Source: a virus (Duplodnaviria; Caudoviricetes). Taken from it: a stretch of 52,602 nucleotides of DNA. The notes under the pieces were generated by a model. It saw nothing but the letters and a program-made list of their open reading frames with translations, did not search any database and was not told the DNA's origin. The stretch covers positions 1 through 52,602 of the IMG/VR virus record IMGVR_UViG_3300032287_001223; one strand, given 5' to 3'. Positions 45,653 to 52,602 of this stretch are shown piece by piece; position 1 is the stretch's first letter; every line of letters starts with the position of its first letter. The position numbers and the translations under genes were made by a program.

Positions 45653-45799
45653 TCACTCACAGGCTCTGTCATGCTTGTTCTCCCTTCGCACCTTCCGCCT
45701 ATAGCTTGCGTCAGCTATCCATATAGATAGCGCACCGATGACAACGACAGATGAACCGCCGATGAATAAAAGGATGAGTGTCCATATAACATCTAGCAT
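45653..45799 (-). CDS. 48-aa single-TM membrane protein (not in the ORF track)
   Basis: MLDVIWTLILLFIGGSSVVVIGALSIW followed by a basic tail. Confidence 0.5.
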   Translation of the reverse strand: MLDVIWTLILLFIGGSSVVVIGALSIWIADASYRRKVRRENKHDRACE

Positions 45800-45999
45800 A
45801 GCTTCACCCTGTAGTCGCTGAGTTTTACATCTGTGAGATCACCCACTGCTACGGCTTCGAGTGCATCCTTTAGGTATGCACACAGTTCCATGTAAGCCTC
45901 GTCCTCAGAGGCGAATGTGACCGGTTCTTCGTTGTCATCTGTCCAAGTATTTATCCAGCCGTCACACAGTGTGAGGTGTTGGATTTCGTATCTGTTCAT
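45793..45999 (-). CDS. Acidic hypothetical protein
   Basis: YEIQHLTLCDGWINTW...TFASEDEA; AAAGGA RBS. Confidence 0.65.
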   Translation of the reverse strand: MNRYEIQHLTLCDGWINTWTDDNEEPVTFASEDEAYMELCAYLKDALEAVAVGDLTDVKLSDYRVKLC

Positions 46000-46192
46000 T
46001 CTGTTTGTCCTTTACGTTGAGTGAGTTGCGTGGGATGCACCATATCTCTCGACCGTCTCCGCAGTCTATGAGGAATGCGCCAGCAATGCGACCAGCCTTG
46101 AGAAGCTGATGCACACGCTGACGGGATACTCCCATGAGTTGCGATGCAACGGTGAGAGATACGTGTCCCCGCTCTAAGCGGAGACTGAGCAT
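45962..46192 (-). CDS. HTH DNA-binding protein
   Basis: SLTVASQLMGVSRQRVHQLLKAGRI. Confidence 0.7.
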   Translation of the reverse strand: MLSLRLERGHVSLTVASQLMGVSRQRVHQLLKAGRIAGAFLIDCGDGREIWCIPRNSLNVKDKQNEQIRNPTPHTV

Positions 46193-46902
46193 TACAGACC
46201 ATCCTTCTTCATAGCTTTGATGAGTCCCTCTATGCCATGCTCTTCGCATGACATAACATTGGAGGCGCAGTCCATAAGCTCCTTGGCTTGTTCATCTGTA
46301 TTGAAGTCCAGCTTGGATGCCTCACACGCCTTAGAGATTGTCCGTATGGAAATCTCGCCGTCGATTTTTTCCAAAGCCTTGCGAACAGATTTCGGCATCT
46401 CTGTCATATCGGAAAGCATCTGCAACAACAAATCCATGAGTTGTCTACGCTTGAGTGTGAGGATGACAAGCTCAACCATCAGTGCGTAGTCCTCGCCCTT
46501 GGTCTTTTGAATGTTCTCCATCACAGCGAATGCGGATTCAAACGCCTTCTCAACATCATCCTTGGGTTGCTCTTCGCTCTCTCTCGACAGATCGATGGCA
46601 ATCTGCACCATCGTGTGAGCCGCAGAGGAAAGACCACCAACGTGCCAGTTTGTTATCTTCTTGGTGGGCAGACCAGCCTCACCAAGATACGCCAATCCGT
46701 CTTTCCAGTTATAGACAGTCGCAATGGTTCCGTCAGAGAACTCGACAATCCACTGAGCATCCACCTTGTCACACTCCCAGTCCAGTGGCTTACCGAACAG
46801 AGAGCGAAGCTCCCTATATGTAGCCTTCACCTCACCCACTAGGGATACTCCGTTAACTGCGTCCTCTAAAGTCTCTTTGTCGTTGTGTGTTTTGAAATTC
46901 AT
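46192..46902 (-). CDS. Phage early protein
   Basis: GGAG RBS; ATYRELRSLFGKP...KVDAQW...ATVYNWK...WHVGG plus a helical C-terminal domain. Confidence 0.7.
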   Translation of the reverse strand: MNFKTHNDKETLEDAVNGVSLVGEVKATYRELRSLFGKPLDWECDKVDAQWIVEFSDGTIATVYNWKDGLAYLGEAGLPTKKITNWHVGGLSSAAHTMVQIAIDLSRESEEQPKDDVEKAFESAFAVMENIQKTKGEDYALMVELVILTLKRRQLMDLLLQMLSDMTEMPKSVRKALEKIDGEISIRTISKACEASKLDFNTDEQAKELMDCASNVMSCEEHGIEGLIKAMKKDGL

Positions 46903-46925
46903 GCTTGTTGCTCCCATTAGTTTGT

Positions 46926-47279
46926 TTAAGCAGCGATCCATACAACCTCCCCATTTACTCGAATGGGCATCACCCATTCCACATCATCTGTCAACTGTTC
47001 CAGTGTCATTGAGGCATCGGCAGACTCGCCTGTCTCCATGTAACAGCCAAGCACAAGACCCTTGCCAGCCAGCGGGTTGGGGTAGAACTTGTGCTGAAAG
47101 AACCGCTGGTCTTCAGCGTATAGACCCTCGTCATCTACATAGATGCCATCGCCATTTGCGTTAAGTCGGGCAACATCGAACAGCTCTGCGTCTATCAGTT
47201 CGCAAATCTGTTGGTAGTTTCCTGTGTAGTTAACCTCTGTGACCTCTTGCTTGAAGGGGTCGATTAAAAAAGCTCTCAT
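46926..47279 (-). CDS. DUF3846-like protein
   Basis: MRAFLIDP...IYVDDEGL...PLAGKGLVLG. Confidence 0.7.
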   Translation of the reverse strand: MRAFLIDPFKQEVTEVNYTGNYQQICELIDAELFDVARLNANGDGIYVDDEGLYAEDQRFFQHKFYPNPLAGKGLVLGCYMETGESADASMTLEQLTDDVEWVMPIRVNGEVVWIAA

Positions 47280-47290
47280 GTGATTTCCTT

Positions 47291-47506
47291 TCAGTGTGTG
47301 AGCAAAACAAATACAGCTACGGGTAACAGAACAATCAACGCACCAACCCACATATCTTCGCCAAACCCATAGGGTTCGTAGCTAGGTTCAATGGGTGGCG
47401 GCGCAAATAATCTTTGGGCAAGATCATCTTCGCTAGTCCATCTGTTGACAGACGGAGGTTCATAGTCAGCATCAATGCTGACGTTGTGCTTAGGCCAAGC
47501 TTTCAT
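47291..47506 (-). CDS. Small C-terminal-TM protein
   Basis: AAAGGA RBS; C-terminal hydrophobic helix. Confidence 0.55.
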   Translation of the reverse strand: MKAWPKHNVSIDADYEPPSVNRWTSEDDLAQRLFAPPPIEPSYEPYGFGEDMWVGALIVLLPVAVFVLLTH

Positions 47507-47735
47507 CTTTGGTTCCTTTCTTTTGAATGTCACAAGCTTTACGTACTTTGGCAACTGCACCAGCAATAGCCTTGTCACCCTTGCCGCGAGACTCCAACAG
47601 ATTACAGACAGCCTCCATCGCGGTCATCATTCCAGCAGGTGCTTGGGTTCCGTTCTTGATAGCCTCGTCAGCTACCTTCTCAATCATAGATACCACACCG
47701 CTTACAGTAGCCAACTGAATGCTTTGCATTGTCAT
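47490..47735 (-). CDS. Hypothetical protein
   Basis: AAAGGA RBS; packed within the operon. Confidence 0.55.
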   Translation of the reverse strand: MTMQSIQLATVSGVVSMIEKVADEAIKNGTQAPAGMMTAMEAVCNLLESRGKGDKAIAGAVAKVRKACDIQKKGTKDESLA

Positions 47736-47934
47736 TTTTTTTCCTTTGTTTACGTTTCTGTTTTCGCTCTATCGATTCCTTGGCCTTCGCCTTAGAACGT
47801 TCCTTGCCAGCCCGTTGTATCTGCTGGGTCGTGAGTGGTGTATCAGGTGGGGGTGGCATCATGCTCACCCCTGCACCGCCCATCATTACGGCAAGCACCA
47901 GCCTACCGATAATCTCATGCGGATTGAACAGCAT
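47680..47934 (-). CDS. Membrane-anchored basic protein
   Basis: N-terminal hydrophobic segment, PPPP, Lys-rich tail, CKRC. Confidence 0.5.
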   Translation of the reverse strand: MLFNPHEIIGRLVLAVMMGGAGVSMMPPPPDTPLTTQQIQRAGKERSKAKAKESIERKQKRKQRKKNDNAKHSVGYCKRCGIYD

Positions 47935-48340
47935 TCTGTTTGTCCATGAGGTTCATGTAATGAACGATCAGGTCGCCTAACCCAAGCTGATACTTGGGGT
48001 GTAGGTACGATTCGGGAAACTTCCACAGAGGATTGAATCCGAGGTTGAGAGCCGCATCTGTCAACAGAATCAATCCGACAACGTGCTTAACGCCATTGCC
48101 ATGTAGATGCAGTGGGTGGTCGGGCAAACCCAAGTCGCCATACACCATGCGAAACTTGTGCATGAATGCTAGGTTGTGCTTGAGTTCTTTCCAGTGTGAG
48201 TCGATAACTAAATGAGCCATAGCCAGTGTCTGCATTGGGTCGATGGTCACCGTGTCATCACGGTCGTTCTCGATCTCGTCAATCCCATCATGGAACAACA
48301 GATTGATCGGTGCATCTGTCTTTACTTCGCTTAGCTTCAT
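47915..48340 (-). CDS. Hypothetical protein
   Basis: 141 aa, ATGA-coupled. Confidence 0.6.
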   Translation of the reverse strand: MKLSEVKTDAPINLLFHDGIDEIENDRDDTVTIDPMQTLAMAHLVIDSHWKELKHNLAFMHKFRMVYGDLGLPDHPLHLHGNGVKHVVGLILLTDAALNLGFNPLWKFPESYLHPKYQLGLGDLIVHYMNLMDKQNAVQSA

Positions 48341-48612
48341 AGTGATTCCCCTTCGTTGAGTAGTTCAAAAATTTCCATGTCGGTGTCGATGGTTACGCTC
48401 TCGCCATTGACGCTAACAACACACCTCATGTGAGGGTCTACTGATAGACCTCCAGCGTGTTCATGAATCATTGCAAACATGACAGGAAACTTGTCGCTTG
48501 CTTTGGTGTCAGACCATACCTTGTCTGTCTCTAGTTGTCTGTTATAGCCTCGCTTCTCAGCGAGAATGCAGGCCACAATAAGCTCTGCTTGTGTGAAATA
48601 CTTCATGGTCAC
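48337..48612 (-). CDS. Hypothetical protein
   Basis: AAGGAG RBS; AEKRGYNR...FPVMFAMIHEH...PHMRC. Confidence 0.6.
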   Translation of the reverse strand: MTMKYFTQAELIVACILAEKRGYNRQLETDKVWSDTKASDKFPVMFAMIHEHAGGLSVDPHMRCVVSVNGESVTIDTDMEIFELLNEGESL

Positions 48613-48800
48613 TCCTTGAATACGTCAGCCACGCCGACACGGTTTCCGTTAATGTCGCGGAGGATGAACACATCACCCACCTTGAGTTGCTTGGACTCTG
48701 TGTAAATTTTCTTACCCAGTTCAGCCAACAGACGCATCGCCTCGTCATTCTGTTGATCTTCTTCGACATGGCCTAAGCCAAACATTACATTTACTCGCAT
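48609..48800 (-). CDS. Hypothetical protein
   Basis: LRDINGNRVG motif common in small phage early proteins. Confidence 0.65.
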   Translation of the reverse strand: MRVNVMFGLGHVEEDQQNDEAMRLLAELGKKIYTESKQLKVGDVFILRDINGNRVGVADVFKE

Positions 48801-48934
48801 GGTTGTTCCTTTTCTTTTGATTCAACATTGACCCAACCAGTGTCGCCACAGGCAAAACAGGTATAGGGTCGTCCTTGTTCGTCCATCTCAGGGTTGCATG
48901 GGTCGCAACATGGACACTCCTCTTTACTCTGCAT
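48791..48934 (-). CDS. 47-aa Zn-ribbon protein (not in the ORF track)
   Basis: GGAGG RBS; CPCC...CFACGDTG. Confidence 0.55.
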   Translation of the reverse strand: MQSKEECPCCDPCNPEMDEQGRPYTCFACGDTGWVNVESKEKEQPCE

Positions 48935-49091
48935 CTGTCACCTCCCTTAGATCATGTATCTCGCTCTCTCCGTATGCGTTGCTACGTTCAAAGGCGTCAT
49001 ACATAAGATTGCTTGCTTGGTCTTCATCTTCGGCCTCAACTTCAACCTCTTTGTAGTATGTAAATACCACCACTCCTCTGTATCTTTTCAT
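48924..49091 (-). CDS. 55-aa acidic protein (not in the ORF track)
   Basis: AAAGGA RBS; MKRYRG...VEVEAEDEDQA. Confidence 0.6.
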   Translation of the reverse strand: MKRYRGVVVFTYYKEVEVEAEDEDQASNLMYDAFERSNAYGESEIHDLREVTDAE

Positions 49092-49285
49092 GTCTGTTCC
49101 TTTCCGTACTTCATGAATGTGATCGTTCCGTCAAAGTAATGTGGGATTACGTAGTCGCACCCACCCAACTCCAACGCCTTGCCTTCTACGTCATCGAGGT
49201 TCATCACCTCAGTGTGAAACACTCGGTGAATGAGACAGCCACCACCAAAGAATTCCATGTCACCAAACATTACAAATGCTTTCAT
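49088..49285 (-). CDS. Hypothetical protein
   Basis: AGGAG RBS; ATGA-coupled. Confidence 0.55.
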   Translation of the reverse strand: MKAFVMFGDMEFFGGGCLIHRVFHTEVMNLDDVEGKALELGGCDYVIPHYFDGTITFMKYGKEQT

Positions 49286-49293
49286 GCTTACTC

Positions 49294-49746
49294 CTACCAG
49301 CTTGATTGATATTCAAAGTCGAGATGATCTACACCATCGGAAGACAGAATCTGTCCCAATCTGTCCACCGTTTCTTGCAGGTCGTCGTAGTACCACTTGT
49401 CGTACTCGTCAGACCCAAAGAAGAACCCACTGCGGAGCGGCAACAGATCAGGGGCAGAACCCTTGTCCTCTAGCACCTGTTTGCACAGTGCCAGTAGCTC
49501 ATGTAGTTGCTCGTGGCTTACCTCGTAAGGCTTGCAGTCATCCTCGCCATCCTGTACGTTGTCCACAAACCAACCATGAATATGGTTGGACTTTCGCCAG
49601 TACATCGCACTGAATGAAACCTCTTTGGGTTCCATTCCGACAGTGCCTTTGATGTTCAGATCAGCGATTGCTTTTATCGCAGACAGATCTTCGTCGTTGT
49701 ATGAGCGGAGATACCTCTTCGCCCTCAAATACATATCCAGTCCCAT
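49294..49746 (-). CDS. Conserved phage early protein
   Basis: MGLDMYL...YWRKSNHIHGWF...GFFFGS..YD..Y...YQSSW. Confidence 0.8.
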   Translation of the reverse strand: MGLDMYLRAKRYLRSYNDEDLSAIKAIADLNIKGTVGMEPKEVSFSAMYWRKSNHIHGWFVDNVQDGEDDCKPYEVSHEQLHELLALCKQVLEDKGSAPDLLPLRSGFFFGSDEYDKWYYDDLQETVDRLGQILSSDGVDHLDFEYQSSW

Positions 49747-49764
49747 GATGTTTCCTTTCGTGAG

Positions 49765-50028
49765 TTATTTGTAAAACAAAGCCAAAATCTGTCGCACTAC
49801 GTCATGACCTTCGGTGTCATTAGCACCCCAGTAGTTGTACTCTGCGAGAGCCTCTTCAATTTTTCCGATTGCCGTACCTTTGTAGAAGTTATTCAGTGCG
49901 ACAGAGACAGCTTTATTCAAGCCGTCAGCGGCGGCATCTCTACCATCTATGTGGTAAAGAGCCCATTCATCCGCTGTCAGAGACAGATAGATAGTCTTTT
50001 CAATGTGAACGTGATCGCTACTAATCAT
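49765..50028 (-). CDS. Hypothetical protein
   Basis: AAAGGA RBS; WGANDTEG motif. Confidence 0.6.
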   Translation of the reverse strand: MISSDHVHIEKTIYLSLTADEWALYHIDGRDAAADGLNKAVSVALNNFYKGTAIGKIEEALAEYNYWGANDTEGHDVVRQILALFYK

Positions 50029-50188
50029 GTGTGTTCCTTTCGTGAGTTGCGTCGTCAGACAGAAAGCCCGACAGATTTTCTTCAGGTATAAGCATCAGCA
50101 ATTCTTCTATTGCTGTCCAGTCACCCGCTGAAATATCCATCTTCATTTGCTCAATAGCTTGGTCAACCAAGCTTTGTTTGCTTTGCAT
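50021..50188 (-). CDS. Small acidic protein
   Basis: AAAGGA RBS at ATG 50188; DISAGDWTAIEELL. Confidence 0.65.
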   Translation of the reverse strand: MQSKQSLVDQAIEQMKMDISAGDWTAIEELLMLIPEENLSGFLSDDATHERNTHD

Positions 50189-50215
50189 GATGTTCCTTTC
50201 ATGTGAGGCGGGATG

Positions 50216-50271
50216 CCTCTGTCTATCCACTCGATTGAATGGATAGGCAGAGGGGCAGGGATGACCCTGCC
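50216..50271. other. Two intergenic hairpins (possible RNA processing or stability site)
   Basis: CCTCTGTCTATCCA/TGGATAGGCAGAGG 14-bp stem and GGCAGGG-ATGA-CCCTGCC. Confidence 0.55.
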
Positions 50272-50277
50272 ACCCTG

Positions 50278-51147
50278 TCAGGCGGCCTTGAGTTCGGGGT
50301 TGGCGATCTGTTCGAGGACAGATTTCAACCAAGCTTCGGCAGAAGATTTGTTCTTCACCGTAGAGGGTTGGATGATTGCTTCCTGTGGGATGGGCAGAGC
50401 CTTGATTCCTTCGGCGATGGTTTCATTGCCGGACTGACCGAGGCCGTAGTCAACACGCTTGCCCAACTTATCAGCCGCCCAAATGATGCCGGTGAACAGC
50501 GATGTTCTAAAGAAACCAGCGAGACAGGTTAGAGATGCCAATCTGTCCATGTCCATCGGGGCATCTTCGGCCTTGATTTCGACAAACTGAGCCAGTCGTT
50601 GGTCGCCAGTCGAGTCGATTCGGACAGCACCAGCCGCACCGTAGATAGCTACGGAGTAGCCAGCATTGTCCAGTTCGTTTGCCAGTCGGAGACCAGCCGC
50701 GCCTCTCCAAAAGAGTTGATCTGATGTGATGTTGGCATTACCGCAGAGGTCGATCACAATCGAGACAGATCGGACAGATGTTCTGCTCTGTCGCTTGGTT
50801 CTAGACCAAGCCCTGCTCAGGTCGCCACGGTACACGGCCTGCATATCCAGCTCATCACCTTGATCGGAGCGGACACGGCGGCGGCGAATATCCTGCGGTT
50901 CAGGCAGATCACCTACGGTGATTTGCTCCAGCTTGGCGACACCAGCAGGGTATCCTTTCTGTAAGACAGAGCGAAGCTCTGCGACAGAGGAGACACCGAG
51001 CCAGCTATGCTCTGATTTGCGCTTCCAGTGCTCCTCAGCGGAGGACTTATTGCCCTCCACCTTCCAGTCGCCCTTTAGCAGGGCTTCGGGTTCGTTCACA
51101 CTATCCCAAAGGATAGTAGTCAAAGTACCTTTATGATCGTAGATCAT
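50278..51147 (-). CDS. vWA-like partner of the AAA+ ATPase
   Basis: GDELDMQAVYRG, then SIVIDLCGNAN (degenerate MIDAS)...ELDNAGYSVAIY; directly downstream of the ATPase. Confidence 0.7.
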   Translation of the reverse strand: MIYDHKGTLTTILWDSVNEPEALLKGDWKVEGNKSSAEEHWKRKSEHSWLGVSSVAELRSVLQKGYPAGVAKLEQITVGDLPEPQDIRRRRVRSDQGDELDMQAVYRGDLSRAWSRTKRQSRTSVRSVSIVIDLCGNANITSDQLFWRGAAGLRLANELDNAGYSVAIYGAAGAVRIDSTGDQRLAQFVEIKAEDAPMDMDRLASLTCLAGFFRTSLFTGIIWAADKLGKRVDYGLGQSGNETIAEGIKALPIPQEAIIQPSTVKNKSSAEAWLKSVLEQIANPELKAA

Positions 51148-51148
51148 C

Positions 51149-52300
51149 TTAAACCTCCACTTTGCTACGTTCGTCAGACTTCCAACCTACGAAGTAGGTG
51201 TCTTGGATGGCCTTGACAGATTTGCCAGCCTTGAGCAACTTCGTTGCATCAAGTAAGAACCGAGTTGACATAACCCGATTGAGCCTTGCCTCAGTGATTC
51301 GTTTACGAATCGCCCAACCCCATGCCAACAGGTCGGGAGCCACTACCTTACGTTCAAAGGTTTGGTCATAGTCAAGGACTATGGTTCCGGCACGGAATCT
51401 GTCCAGTGTCGCTTCGTCGAGTCGCTCACGGCCTGCATAAGTCTGATTTGCTCCAGTACCGAAGGTATTGGCGGCGGCAATACAGACAAAATCGGGGTGA
51501 CGCTTCACCACCGAAGCATTCTTACGAATGGGGAGGAAAAACGAACCGTTAGCTAAAGCTTGGTTGACAAACAGCAATGTATTGCTGTCAGCGGCATCGA
51601 TCTCATCGAACAGGAAAACACCGCCTTCTTCGTACATTTTCACGAAGTCACTGGACAGATACTGGAAAGCACCACCGTCAGAGGGAATCAACCAGCCCTG
51701 AAGGGCTGACTCTGACATTCCGGCGGTACAGGACACCGAAGCAAAGGGTCTACCAAGAGCTTCAGCTACTTGGTGGGCTAAGTGAGTCTTGCCGGAACCG
51801 GCAGGGCCGACGAGCAGAATATTCAAGCCACAGGATGCTGAAAGCAATACGTCCTTGAATTCGGGGCGAGTGTGACCTTCCACTTTGTGGGCTGAACCGT
51901 CAGGTCGAATGATCTCGATCTTGACCACTGGACTATCGTCCATTGCTTTTTTGACCTCTGTCATGACAATCTGTCGGACAGTGGCTTCATCTACTGTCGG
52001 AGACAGTAATTTACGGAGAGCGTCGAGGGCATCAGTGTCTGATGCTTTGGGAGCCGAAGGCTTGGAGGCAGGAGGCATAGGGCGATTTTCCTCAGTCATT
52101 GCAACCCCTTTGGGGTTTACGGTTGGGAGACCATTGGCGATGGCCTCGGAGATCTGACCTTCAGAGAAGGTCAAGAGAAGCTTGTCGATCAAGTCCAATT
52201 TTTGGACAGTCTCGAAGTTGAAACCTACGGTTCCACCGTTGAGGTGACGAAAAATCCACAGGATTTCGGGCTTGGAGAGGGAGACGAGTGAGTCACGCAT
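51149..52300 (-). CDS. MoxR/CbbQ-like AAA+ ATPase
   Basis: AAAGGA RBS at ATG 52300; GPAGSGKT, FLFDEIDAAD, AAANTFG, LDEATLDRF. Confidence 0.9.
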   Translation of the reverse strand: MRDSLVSLSKPEILWIFRHLNGGTVGFNFETVQKLDLIDKLLLTFSEGQISEAIANGLPTVNPKGVAMTEENRPMPPASKPSAPKASDTDALDALRKLLSPTVDEATVRQIVMTEVKKAMDDSPVVKIEIIRPDGSAHKVEGHTRPEFKDVLLSASCGLNILLVGPAGSGKTHLAHQVAEALGRPFASVSCTAGMSESALQGWLIPSDGGAFQYLSSDFVKMYEEGGVFLFDEIDAADSNTLLFVNQALANGSFFLPIRKNASVVKRHPDFVCIAAANTFGTGANQTYAGRERLDEATLDRFRAGTIVLDYDQTFERKVVAPDLLAWGWAIRKRITEARLNRVMSTRFLLDATKLLKAGKSVKAIQDTYFVGWKSDERSKVEV

Positions 52301-52479
52301 GGGATTCCTTTCGAATGCAGTGAGTTGCGAATCAGCGGCAAAGCCGCTAAAGACAGGACAGAGCGTCCAGTGCATAACAGTCAGAGACTGCCATGCCCTT
52401 GAAACTCGAAGAGTTATTGACCGCCGATAACGTCATCACGACAGATCGGGGTTTATTTGTAAAGGGATAAACCCTTTAC
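52301..52479 (-). ncRNA. Hairpin-dense untranslated leader of the early operon (continues through the junction to about 205)
   Basis: About ten short stems in roughly 380 nt with no credible ORF. Confidence 0.45.
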
Positions 52480-52602
52480 CCTCTAGGACACAAGGCCGCT
52501 AAAGCCTTGAACCATCCCTTCGGAGCTTTAGCTCCTCCGGAGTCCACTTGTACTGAGTGTCAGGTCGAGAACCTTCGGTTCGTTGCGTCACCGAGAAATT
52601 TC
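52480..52602. repeat. Terminal direct repeat (right copy of 1-123)
   Basis: Exact match to 1-123. Confidence 0.95.

Noticed and set aside
1-52602. Alternative genetic code or stop-codon reassignment
   Set aside because: Core genes are full length under code 11, and TAA, TAG and TGA all end genes at coupled junctions.

Overview
This window looks like a complete, circularly assembled tailed-phage genome: about 52,479 unique bp, with bases 1-123 repeated exactly at 52480-52602. It is probably a podovirus-type phage of a Gram-negative host, because it carries embedded spanins. The gene content resembles freshwater betaproteobacterial phages, but that host call is inference. There are four transcription blocks. 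(1) Late genes, + strand, 1338-35587: terminase, portal, scaffold, capsid, a GT9 glycosyltransferase, adaptors, tail fibres/adhesin, a 2OG-Fe(II) oxygenase, a lysis cassette, tail nozzle, ejection proteins, a 2791-aa polyvalent protein and a methyltransferase. (2) Recombination block, - strand, 35544-38317: Rad52/Sak-like annealase, YqaJ exonuclease and SSB. (3) Replication/nin-like block, + strand, 38595-44575: YdaU-type initiator, two more 2OG oxygenases, DnaB-like helicase, DUF968, RusA and a Q-like regulator. (4) Early block, - strand, 44572-52300, led by a MoxR-type AAA+/vWA-like pair. No integrase, CI repressor, DNA polymerase, canonical tRNA or CRISPR array was seen. The most unusual signals are: a complete small basic-protein gene nested in another frame inside the giant polyvalent gene; a GT9 enzyme fused to a copy of the small capsid-adjacent protein; a second copy of the origin-like iteron array from the initiator gene placed beside the putative late promoter; and densely structured non-coding leaders on both sides of the early/late control region. 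All family assignments come from motifs and gene order recognised by eye, not from database searches.
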